DNA from: Nemertoderma westbladi
Taxonomy: Eukaryota > Animalia > Xenacoelomorpha
Assembly: GCA_032718475.1 (NCBI GenBank)
Contig: JAUCBJ010003400.1
Location: 1 to 39,705, forward strand
Direction: 5' to 3'
DNA: 39,705 nt
Shown: piece after piece, positions 23,716 through 34,271 of the stretch
How positions within the stretch are numbered: position 1 is the first letter of the stretch
How the letters are laid out: each line of letters begins with the position of its first letter
Program-made: the position numbers and the translations under genes
The notes under the pieces: model-generated
What the model was told of the DNA's origin: nothing
Seen by the model: the letters and a program-made list of their open reading frames with translations, nothing else
Database searches by the model: none

Positions 23716-24479
23716 CCGCCATACTGTAACCTGGGCGTTTTACGGACAGTGCCAGAAAATGGCCGTTACATACCATAGTAATGCCATTATTATTACAAAT
23801 AAGCATGAAAAAAAAGCAACAAAAAAGCATGAAAAATTGTTGAAAAAAAACAACGAAAATGTTGGCACATACGGAACTGTTCCCTAAATATATATTCTGT
23901 ACTGCATACTGCAGGGACTACTGTGCCTACCAACACGGTAACTGAACTGTCAGATGTTGCTAATTGTAGTGTTACTAATCTTGCTGCCTAGCAACGTAAT
24001 CAGCTGATTCTTTGTTCATCAGGGGGAATGGTGTGGGGCAAGCTAGGCAGTAACGGTGAGCCTTAACAGACAATTATAATTGGTAAATAGGGTCAAATTT
24101 CAATAATATATAATAATAATAAATAAAGATGGATGGATAAACGTACGGACAGACAGACTTGAAATTTTACCTTATTAACTAATAATAATCGGGTGCGAAG
24201 GCACACCCTTACTGCGCGACGCCCCACGAACGTGTTTGTTTATAGTATAATAAAAATGTTGTACTTATTCATACAAGCATTACTATTAGTGCCGATTAAT
24301 AATGTCCAATATTTCGAGAACTATTGACAATGGGGTCTCCCCCACTCTCTACCCCCACTAAATCGTTGCTTGCGGTTCAAATGAGCCCAAAATCAAGCAT
24401 GTACGACCAGTAGAACTTGTTCTACCGCAAAACATCGTTTTGCTCAAAATGTTCTAGAACAGCCATCAAAAAATCTATA

Positions 24480-24790
24480 TTCAACTTGCACCACAACTAA
24501 TCCTTTGCATATCGGTGATAATTCAGCAATGAAACTGATTTTGATAAATCGTGCATTGGTTCTGGTATGACATTTGGTTTATTATAGAGTGAAAACTATC
24601 AATAGACAGATACATATCTATAATGTCCATTGACATGAAAGTGATGCTATGTAAGGGACCCTCTGGTAGATAATGCTTAACGGGGGCAGATTCTGAGATG
24701 TAGTAGGACATAATCTGGAGGTGAGGTTGTATAATGGAGTTAGTTAACGATCGAGCTAACGATCCATATGTCAATAGGATGAGGCACTTG
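24480..24790 (-). mobile_element. Penelope-like RT fragment (motif A region)
   Basis: TYGSLARSLTNSIIQPHL...FMSMDIIDMYLSID resembles PLE Y.LA..L...L.P and S.DV..LY.SI. Confidence 0.6.
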
Positions 24791-24872
24791 GAATTTTTAA
24801 TAAAAATTCGATTAAAAATTCGAAAATTTAATTATCATACTAATTTACTCATCGTTTATTGACTGGACGTAT

Positions 24873-26208
24873 AAAGGGCACATATAGGACGTACAATTAA
24901 AAGGATGGATTAAAACCATACGAAAGGGCACATATAGGACGTACAATTAAAAGTATGGATTAAAACCATACGAAAGGGCACATATATGACGTACAATTAA
25001 AAGTATGGATTAAGACCCCGGTAGCGCTACTTCAATATTTTTTTGCAAAAATTTTTTTTTAATTCATCGAGAGCAGATTTTTATCAAGATTCCAAATTTG
25101 AAAACCATTTAGCAAGATCTGTCTTACTTCTCGAGATATTGCTGTCTGTCCGTTTTACTGTCGGTTTGTCCGTCAGTATGTCTGTCCGTCAATAAAAAAC
25201 ATACGATCTGTCTAAAAAATTCCCTGTATGGGTTTTCGTGGTCGGTGACTTCATTTCTGATGTCATTAATTAAATTTGGCCTCGTCGGTTCTGTCTGTAT
25301 GCCTGTCAGTCTGTTTGTCAAAATATAACCGACAGTCTGACAGCAAAACAGACAATTTGGAAGTCATCAAATGTTAAAATTGACACTCGAAATGAATTCT
25401 GCGACCAGGAAAACCCCTATAGTTAAACGTTTAGCTCAATGCTGTGCCTTTTTCTAATATTTGACAGACAGACAAGTCGGATGGTCAGAAAGACCGACAG
25501 ACAGACATACAGACAAACTAGATTTCATTAAAATTGAAAACAATTTTTGCGCGGGAAGGTTCAAATTTTAAAGGCAATTATCTCGGAATGGTATTTTTTG
25601 GCCTAAAAATAGCTTCAGACAATTAAATTTTCAATAAATTTTCAAAAATTTTTCTCAGAGGGGTTCTCTGATGTGCTCTCTTCAGATATCTCGATCTCGA
25701 ATTTTGATTATTTTATTCCAATATGGAAATAAATGGCCAAAATTGAATAAAATGTTGATAATTTTTAATTTGTCAAAATTAAACAATAAACAAAAACAAA
25801 AAACAGCACCAAAATGACAATTGTTAATTAATTTTCGAAATTTTACTTTGAGATATCGAAAGAGCAAACATTTTTAATGCGATTTGAAAAATTAGAAAGA
25901 AAAATACTCAAGATTGAATCTGCTGAATGTTTTTGGATTTTTGTTCAAAAATTTGTCAATATTTTTCCAAATTTTTGAAAAATTTGAATTTTTTATTTTT
26001 ATTCATAATTACAAATCTTCCATTGACCTTCATACAAAGTTATGGTCGTTTCTGACAATGAGAAGTTGCTCTAACAAGTCAATATAAAAATTATGTCCAT
26101 GTAGCGCTACCGGGGCCTTAAAACCATACAGACGACGGATATGGACGTACAAAGGGCACACACACATAGGACATACAATTAAAAGTATGGATTAAAACCA
26201 TACGAAAG
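24873..26208. repeat. 50-bp tandem repeat interrupted by a TTAA-targeting transposon
   Basis: Unit aaagggcacatataggacgtacaattaaaagtatggattaaaaccatacg. The third unit is split at TTAA and resumes at 26118. Confidence 0.9.
25014..26117. mobile_element. Kolobok-like non-autonomous DNA transposon (1104 bp)
   Basis: TIR G(A/G)CCCCGGTAGCGCTAC ... GTAGCGCTACCGGGGCC; TTAA TSD at 25010-25013 and 26118-26121. RR termini with TTAA fit Kolobok rather than piggyBac. Confidence 0.82.
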
Positions 26209-26608
26209 GAGAAAGAGGAGATCCATTACTTATATATTATTTTTAATTTATTTTATTATATTGGTGTGAATTTACTAACACATATATTTATATAATATGG
26301 TATATAATTTGAATTTTATATTTTAGATATATTTTAGATTTTATTTAGAGGTTTTAGAGGTACCAATCAGTATTAAAATAAGACCAATATGAAATTTTTG
26401 AAAGGGATGAATTTAAAACAAATAAAATAAAAAATATTGAAGAAAAATAAACCAAATAAATAAATAAATAAAATAAAGAAAAAGAAAAATAATGTTGAAA
26501 AAAATTTTTGATATGCAGCCTAAGTAGATCGATAGACTCGCATCTATATATAAATGAGTTAAATGATATCACGGACGGACAGGCACAGAGTTTAAAGAAT
26601 AAGCTTAA

Positions 26609-26690
26609 CCCTATTAGTACCGGGCTATAAAATGTTGTACAAATACCGGGGGGGGGGGGGGGGGGGGGGTCATATTGATGTTTAATAGGG
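26609..26690. mobile_element. 82-bp piggyBac-like micro-MITE with a poly-G core
   Basis: TTAA|CCCTATTA ... TAATAGGG|TTAA. Confidence 0.72.
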
Positions 26691-26708
26691 TTAACATACG
26701 ACTGCGGA

Positions 26709-27191
26709 ATGGCTGAGAGAGTCTGACGGCGTTAGTATGGCTGAGAGAGTCTGATGGCGTTAGTATGGCTGAGAGAGTCTGATGGCGTTAGTATGGCTGA
26801 GAGAGTCTGACGGCGTTAGTATGGCTGAGAGAGTCTGATGGCGTTAGTATGGCTGAGAGAGTCTGATGGCGTTAGTATGGCTGAGAGAGTCTGATCTGAT
26901 GGTGTGAGATTGGCTGAGAGAGTCTGATGGCGTTAGTATGGCTGAGAGAGTCTGACGGCGTTAGTATGGCTGAGAGAGTCTGATGGCGTTAGTATGGCTG
27001 AGAGAGTCTGATGGCGTTAGTATGGCTGAGAGAGTCTGACGGCGTTAGTATGGCTGAGAGAGTCTGATCTGATGGTGTGAGATTGGCTGAGAGAGTCTGA
27101 TGGTGTGAGATTGGCTGAGAGAGTCTGATGGCGTTAGTATGGCTGAGAGAGTCTGATGGCGTTAGTATGGCTGAGAGAGTCTGATGGCGTT
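26709..27191. repeat. 28-bp minisatellite, about 17 copies, two variant types
   Basis: atggctgagagagtctga(t/c)ggcgttagt, with variant units ...tctgatctgatggtgtgagattgg. Confidence 0.96.
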
Positions 27192-27999
27192 GCAATACTT
27201 GGTCATATCATAGTAGGTTGTGACGGTTGAATGGTTGTTCTTGAGCATATCGTGATAGATTTGGAAGCTTAATGTACTCTGAAAGAAAAAAATACATAGA
27301 TATATGTATATGTAAATGGTAGTTCTCTGAAGGTGTCAGTTGTAGCTGTAAGAGCCGACTTAATAGGAAGAGTACAATTTTGAGACATTTTATATCCCTG
27401 TTGGGAAGCCGGTTGAACAACCTGAAACTGAGAATCAGAAACAGAAACAGGGGTACCTTTGGCTGAAGCAACACAAACTGGTACGGAATCACCTTTTACA
27501 GGGGGTACATTTATTGTATTGAATAGAACGGTACAATTTTCTAAAGGATATGCCAACCCTGGCTGGGGCCGCTGGGGTATGATTACAGATTGGCTAATAC
27601 TCTGCGGTAGTGGAAAATTTGAAAAAGTTTCGGAATCTGAAAGAGATTGCAAATCAGTATTAGCCATTGAGTAGGAATGGAATTCTTGGGTTGACATATT
27701 TGAAGAAAATGATGGAAGAAAAATTGATTGTACCGACGAAATAGTATGCCCCGACTGACCTCCCATAAATAAGTTAAATGTTTCTTTATTACAGGTTGTC
27801 ATTGGATTTGAGGGACCTGAGAATGGGAAAGATCCAAAGCTAGGTAAATGTTCTGAAATAGAGAAAGATTCTGAGATAGATACAGATTCGGAAATTGATT
27901 GGTTTACATGTTGTGAATCTGAATAAGGTTCTAGGTTGGTAAAATGTTCTGAATCTAAAAATAGTTCTGAATTAATTGATGGTGAAATGTTCGTAATCT

Positions 28000-28445
28000 G
28001 ATACATCTAAGGGTCTGAATCTGAAAGAGGTTCCGAGTTAGTTAAAGGTTCTGAATCTGGAAATTAATCTGAGGAAGGAAATGGTTCTGAATCTGAAAGG
28101 TTAATGGGTTCAGAATCTGTAAAAGGTTCTGAGATAGGGAACAATTCTGAATCTGATGCATCTAAAGGTTCTGAATCTGAAAGAAGTTCTGAATCTGAAA
28201 GAGGTTCTGAATTTGATGCAAAAGGTTCTGAATCTGAAAAAGGTTCTGAATCTGAAAGTGGTCCTCTGAATCTGATAGTGGTTCTGAATCTGATACATCT
28301 AAAGGTTCTGAATCTGAAAAAGGTTCTGAAACTGAAAGTGGTTCTGAATCTGATGCAAAAGGTTCTGAATCTGAAAAAGGTTCTGAATCTGATACATCTA
28401 AAGGTTAGTTCTGAATAAGGAAATGGTTATGAATCTGAAAGGTCT
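28000..28445. repeat. Degenerate 17-18 bp repeat (aaaggttctgaatctga) inside a Ser/Asp/Glu/Pro/Phe-rich minus-strand ORF remnant
   Basis: About 20 copies of ttctgaatctga; the flanking minus-strand ORFs 27269-28006 and 28427-28654 have SDSE/SEPF composition. Confidence 0.85.
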
Positions 28446-28959
28446 TTGGGTTTTGAGTCAGAAAAAGGGTCCGAGATAGGGGAAGATTGGGGAGATTCAA
28501 TGTTAGGTCCCCCCATAAAAGGGTTGGGAGGTGTTTCAACTCTGCATAAAGTAGACCTAAAGGGGGGGTGTAATTTCTTTGTCTGAATGACCTGTGTCTT
28601 CGTTAGGTCGTAAGCGTAAGGTTCTGATAATAGAATATTAATACGAGCTGGCATAATCAGGATTTAGTAATTTTAAGTCCTCAAAAGCAATGCTTTCATT
28701 TATTTCAGCCATTTGCATTAGAGAACTACTTTCACAACCATTTGCAGGACCTTGGGAGACACACCCTCAGCACTTTGTGGTAACATCTACAGTGAGGAAC
28801 TAATTCGCAAAATCGAGGTGAGACTAAATAACTACACTTCCTCCACTCCTAGAGAAACTATGATCAGTTCTGATGACGAAATATTTGGAACACCACCAGA
28901 AACACTAATATTCCCACTCTATAATATCAGTTCACTGAACATCAACAAAGTTGAAAGAA

Positions 28960-29470
28960 CGACAGAATTCCCCCTTTCCAGTATGGTAAGCGCGAGTTCT
29001 CTCGCCAACAAACCCGGCAACTTAATGCTGGTTTATTGGACGCCAACGAGGTTCAAAGTTCAACGGATTTCACCCTTTCCGGTATGGTAAGAGCCAAGTT
29101 CACTCACCAACGAACCCGGCAACATAATGCCGTTTTATCGGATGCCAACGAGGTTCAAACTTCAATAGAATTCACCCCTTCCAGTATGGTAAGAGCCAAG
29201 TTCATTCACGAATGACCTGGCAACATAACGTCGGTTTATTGGATGCCAATGAGGCTCAAAGTTCAATGGAATTCACCCCTTCCGGTACAGTAAGAGCCGA
29301 GTTCTCTCGCCAATGAACCCGGCAAAATAATACTGCTTTAGCGGATGCCAATGAGTTTCAAAGTTCAACAGAATTGACCCCTTCCAGTACAGTAAGAGTT
29401 GAGTTCTCTCACCAACGAACCCAGAAAGATAACGCCGGTTTATCGGACGCCAATGAGGTTCAATGTTGAA
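28960..29470 (+). repeat. About 102-bp tandem repeat x5
   Basis: Unit gaattcacccttccagtatggtaagagccaagttc.ctc.ccaacgaacccggcaacataa.gccggtttatcggatgccaa.gaggttcaaagttcaa, with variants. Confidence 0.9.
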
Positions 29471-31169
29471 CAGAAGTCCTCCCATACAATATGATGAAAA
29501 CAGCGTTCTCTCACCAGTCAATTAAAAAAAAAACACAAATATTTTACCCCACCAAACTAAGACAACATGAACCCCCAAAAAAACATAACAATGATCATTC
29601 CATGGTGAACTCCAACAGAAAAACTATCTACCATAATAGTTCTATTAAGCATGTATGTCGAGGAGACCCGATTTTGGGGTGGCAGAAGAGGGAGAACCAA
29701 TTCCTGGTGAGTTGGAATTGGCGGAGAGAGTGTGGCGAAGAATAAGAGGACGTATAGGGGGGCAGTGGGAGAATGCCTTCTGGAAAGAATCGATGGAAGA
29801 TCAAGGGGGACATTAGAGTTTAGTCGTCCAATATTTTGGACTGAGGGGGGTGGGAATGAGGGCGAGACGCCCTTCCCACACAAATAATTATTTAATTAAA
29901 ATAAATAATAAATAATTAAATAATAAATAAGTAGAAGTTAGATAGTAAGTAGAATTATTTAGAAGTATGAAAGTTAGTTAGATAGTAGAAGATAGTAAGA
30001 AGATAGTAAGTAGTAGTTAGAAGATAATAGAAAGTTAAGCTAGAAGTCGGCGGGTATAGGGAGCGTGGTATAAATATACCACGGGAGTAGAGGGTACGTA
30101 GTACCGAGTTAGATAGTTAGCAAGTTAGATTTAGATAAGGTAGATAGCACGATAGCACAGTATGGTAGCACAAGTACAGGAGCACAGAGATAGTGAGAGG
30201 AGCTGTTGGCGAGAGAGAAGTTAGAGTGCGATTCAGGTGTGGGGAGAGAGTAAGAGTGGGGAGAGAGTAAGAGCGGAGTTAGAGTGGAGTTGGGGGAGAG
30301 TTAGAGTGTGAAGTTAGAGTTTGAGAGAGATATTTAAAAATTGTGTGAGAGTCCACAATTGTCTCAAACCGAGACGCCAGATGTCTTGGTGCAACATAGG
30401 TTGCGGTTGCGCCAAGAGAGGGTAGTAACAATCATACCCAGAGGGAGCGGCCTGGAAAGCCGACTCCAAGAAAATAACTCCACCCCACACCCGATAGTAG
30501 ATCGAGTTCCAGCGGAATTGAAGCCCACTTTGAGGTTGATGCTATCTTCTCACCGGGAAGATAGCTTGGGGGGGAGTGTGAACGGATTCAATTCCGCCTC
30601 ACCAACCCCCATAAAGTGGGAAAGGGCGCCTTTAAGCAATATTGGGGAGTACGAGGTTGATTGCCAATCAACCTCGTATCACCCCCAATAAACGGGGACG
30701 ACAAACCCCAAAGGGCCGCACACAATGGAGGTCAGAGGTTAAGCCTCCGGGAGAGGGAAAGTAACAGTAGCAAGGGGGAACACTCCCACAGAGGTGGGAG
30801 CCGAGAATTAGGTTATCAACCAATTGGGGGACAGCAGGGCATCAGCTAAGCAATACGGCCAAAGGTACTGTAGTATATTACCGGTCGGTGTTGCATTTAT
30901 CATTTAGTTTACTCAGTCACTCAGTCAGGGCAGTACGGTGACATTTTATAACCGTCGCCGCCACCATCACCAATTATATTACCATTTACTCAGTTCACCA
31001 TCAACTGTGCTATGTGTTTACTCAGTTCATTTATATATATATCCATTAACAATTTCGGAACGATAACAACATAACAAACTCTTTCACTGGCGGCGGGGAC
31101 GCGTAAATAAACCACACCGGTCGGGATTCTCGGATCCCGTCACAATGTACTAATTCTCACAATGTACCA

Positions 31170-32500
31170 TCTACTACTACTTCTAGGTCGAGCGAACTCG
31201 GACAGTGGAAATGAGATCCTTCCAGGCTTCCCGATTCTCCATAGTTGTCGCGATTTCATTTCTCCCAAGTTCAGTATTCCTTTCAAGTTGATCTATATAT
31301 GTTATGGCTGGTCGTCCACAACTACGCTTTCCATGAGTTGGTTGCCAGAGAAGTAGATCTGGTATGACCTCGTCTTTACTTCGCCAGCAGTGCCTACTGA
31401 ATCTTAATCTACGTTCATGGAGGGTGGTTGATACAGGTGGTATTGTACCATAAAGCTTGGCGTTTGTCATGTGTTGACATAATCCAAGGTACTGGAAGTC
31501 GTTGACCTTCCTTAGTTGATTATTATCAATGGTTGTCAAGTTTCCATCAACATTAAAAGTCATGAATTCGGTCTTGGTAGCATTTATATGTAATCCAACC
31601 TCCTTAACAGCCCTCTCCACTTTATATAGTAGAAGCTGTGCATCTGATAGCATATTAGAGAGCAGGGCAATGTCATCCGCAAAGTCGGTGTCTGTGACTG
31701 TAGTTGCCGGATATCTACTACTTCTGCGTTCTTGAAGTGTGAATCCCAGATCTCATTGGTCATCCTCATTGCATAATCCAGCATAATTACAAATAGGAAT
31801 GGTGCTAATGTGTCACCTTGCAGTACGCCAGCCAGGATTGAGAAAAACTCAGTTTCACCATCTGGTGAGAGTACCTGCGCTTCTGTGTCACAATATAACA
31901 ATCCAATGCCAGCAACAATTACTTCTGGTATTCCATAAGCTCTTACGATTTCAAGCATTTTACCTCTATGGATGGAGTCGAATGCCTTCTTGAAGTCCAC
32001 AAAAGTCATGATTGTGGGGAGATTCTTTGACTTAATTCCTTCAATCAGTCTCCATAGTGCAAGTATCTGAGCTATTGTTGATCTACTTGGTCGAAATCCG
32101 TTTTCGCTCTTACGTAGTGGTTTCTCTATGTGAGGCCTAATCCTATATAGATTCATTTTATTGTATATTTTGGCAGCTACCACAAGCAGACAGATCCCAC
32201 GATAGTTTGTTGGTATACCGAGGTCTCCTTTCTTGGGGAGAGGCTTTAGTTGACCTTTAGTCCAAATTGGTGGAGGCTTTTCCCCTTTTAACATCCGGTT
32301 GCAAACATTCCATAATGGTCTGTTTAGCACTCCTGTTTTCCATACCTCCGCTGGAATTTCATCTAATCCACTCGCTTTATTATTGGACATATGCTTTTAA
32401 TGCTTCTTTGGAGTTTGGCAGGTGTGAAGTCCCCTGTTTCTATAGGTAGTGTCTTGTCATATATTTTCCTTCTAGGGCTGACCTCGATTTTTGGTGGCTG
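31170..32500 (-). mobile_element. RTE-clade LINE, 5'-truncated, with frameshift and internal deletion; (TAG)n tail
   Basis: KASGLDEIPAEVWK, PKKGDL...NYRGICLL, ENGFRPSRST, FVDFKKAFDSIHR, GVLQGDTLAPFLF, DFADDIALL, RRLRFSRHCWR. Tail seen on + as ctactactac at 31171-31180. Confidence 0.93.
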
Positions 32501-32519
32501 ACAATTTCATTGTGCATAA

Positions 32520-32900
32520 GAAAAACCTTTATCTGCATATGAACGCCAACTGAACAATTATTGTTTAAAACGCTTGGTAGAAAATAATTCCATAAGTAGT
32601 AAACTGAAATCAAAATTAGGAGCTTAACATTTAAATTTACAATATACTTACAGCAAACCCAAAATACACAAAACTAATACTCCAATTAGGAATATTGTAT
32701 CATACATAGATGTTCCCTCTTACAATTGTAGTAAATTCATTGCTAGTTGTCGTCGCCCTTACATGTCAGAAGGACAATCATTCCTCAGTAACTCTAATGA
32801 ATTTATAAAATACATAGATAAACTCCTTGCAGGCAAAAATGACACTCAGGTTTCATTTGACATAATAAACATGTAGCCCACCATTCCTATTGACATAGTT
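32520..32900 (+). mobile_element. Penelope-like RT N-terminal fragment
   Basis: Manual translation: KPKIHKTNTPIRNIVSYIDVPSYNCSKFIA...NSNEFIKYIDKL...QVSFDIINM*PTIPID. Confidence 0.85.
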
Positions 32901-33633
32901 TATACGGCCCACAGCACGAAAACTAAAAGCCATGTAAATAAGCCACAATACAGATGAATTACAAAAAAATTCTAAAATGACCTCGCCCCAGTGCCAAATA
33001 GGGTTAAACATACAGCTTTCTAAACATACAGTCTCCACAGTATTAATGTTTGCCCAAAGATTTCTAAATAAAACAATTATTATTAGATGAGAGTACAGTG
33101 CAATAGTACTCAACACACTGTGTAACTAACAGTCATTCAGCTTGCACGCCACCTAACATAGCAGAGTGAGTAACCTTGTATCTTCCCATAGGATGCATTG
33201 GGAAGAGTTATTCAGCTGAGGGGGTAATAGATAACAACTAAACCAGTTAATGTTTGCTTATAGTCAGGGTTGAAAGAGAGAATGATTAAAGCACAGAAAG
33301 TACTTTCTTATTAGTTGGACCTTCCTATTGTATTGAATAGCATTACTAGGCCATTTCTATCCATTTTCATGAGCGCCAGCTGGAATTTTTATCATTGCAC
33401 CTATTGAGTTGTTTTCATTTATTTCTATTTTTCGAGCCCAGATGCTATGGACGGAGTAGCCGATCATGCCAGGGACCTCAGAATCCAGCCAGCCAGCCAC
33501 TGTGAATATTTCATCGAAATCGTTAGGGGGTTGTTTAGTCAGTCAGTCAGCCGCGAGCAATTCTTACAGTAAGTAACCTGTCGGTTCCTGATATTTCCGA
33601 ATATTTCGATCAGTTTTCTAACCTCAATTTCAG

Positions 33634-33760
33634 GGACGTAAATTATATGGGAGCATCACCTGTTTCATTCAGTCCTGGAATCTATGGGACTGACTTGGGA
33701 ATCGACATCAGCTCAATCTGTATTGTTGACAAGGAAGCCGAGGCATCACCATCACGTTAG
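33634..33760 (+). CDS. Host gene terminal coding exon C, beta/gamma-crystallin domain protein (phase 2 to TAG)
   Basis: ctaac branch-like site and tttcAG acceptor. Translates (R)DVNYMGASPVSFSPGIYGTDLGIDISSICIVDKEAEASPSR*; NY.G, PG.Y and ISSI.IV complete the last Greek key. Confidence 0.85.
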
Positions 33761-34210
33761 TGGATAATTTAAGATAGTTGAACTGTAGTATAATTATTTT
33801 CTGTATAATACTTGTATGATAGCAATAATGCATACGGCCTAACAGCTGTCAAATATACTGGTGAAGGGGTACTATCTATATATATGGTAACTACATACAA
33901 TGTGACTAGCGCAGTATTATTAGCTAAATAACATTGTTTTATACCAACTTAACAGTCTCAGGACAATACGTACTCGGGAAATGTGTACCAGAAATTGTTT
34001 TATGATGGGTACGAATTGTCCGGGTACGAATTGTCCTAACTTCCAACTTAACAACTAACATAATATTTTTGGTCTGCAGGACATATTTACTACTACTGTA
34101 AAACTCAACAATGGTTGTTTGCTTCTTTATATTAGTTGTTTTTTCACCCAACTTAGTTAGCAGATCGTGTGACAGATATTTCATATTTAATTAAGTTACA
34201 ATCTTCCTAC

Positions 34211-34271
34211 TAGGATCGGCATGCTGCATTGCAGCTGCATTTTTAAGAATGCTGTGCCGGCTTGTCAACAA
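34211..34271 (-). mobile_element. 61-bp extremely 5'-truncated RTE insertion with 11-bp TSD
   Basis: Reverse complement of about 37732-37795. AATCTTCCTAC is duplicated at 34200-34210 and 34272-34282. Confidence 0.9.

Larger units (their letters stand above)
20594..24473 (-). mobile_element. hAT-superfamily (hATm-like) DNA transposon; one terminal TIR present, the other missing
   Basis: TTAGGGTGGAGTG end at 20594. About 190-bp subterminal inverted repeats at 20725-20915 and 24287-24473 enclose the transposase. No matching CACCCTAA terminus is seen on the right. Confidence 0.8.
27219..31144 (+). mobile_element. Putative LTR-retrotransposon 3' remnant: non-canonical repeat ORF remnants, PPT, then an LTR of about 1.3 kb
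   Basis: Purine tract GAGGGGGGTGGGAA (29843-29856) followed by TG; TATAAATA at about 30069; AATAAA at about 31106; ends CCCGTCACA at 31144. No RT or integrase seen. Confidence 0.5.
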
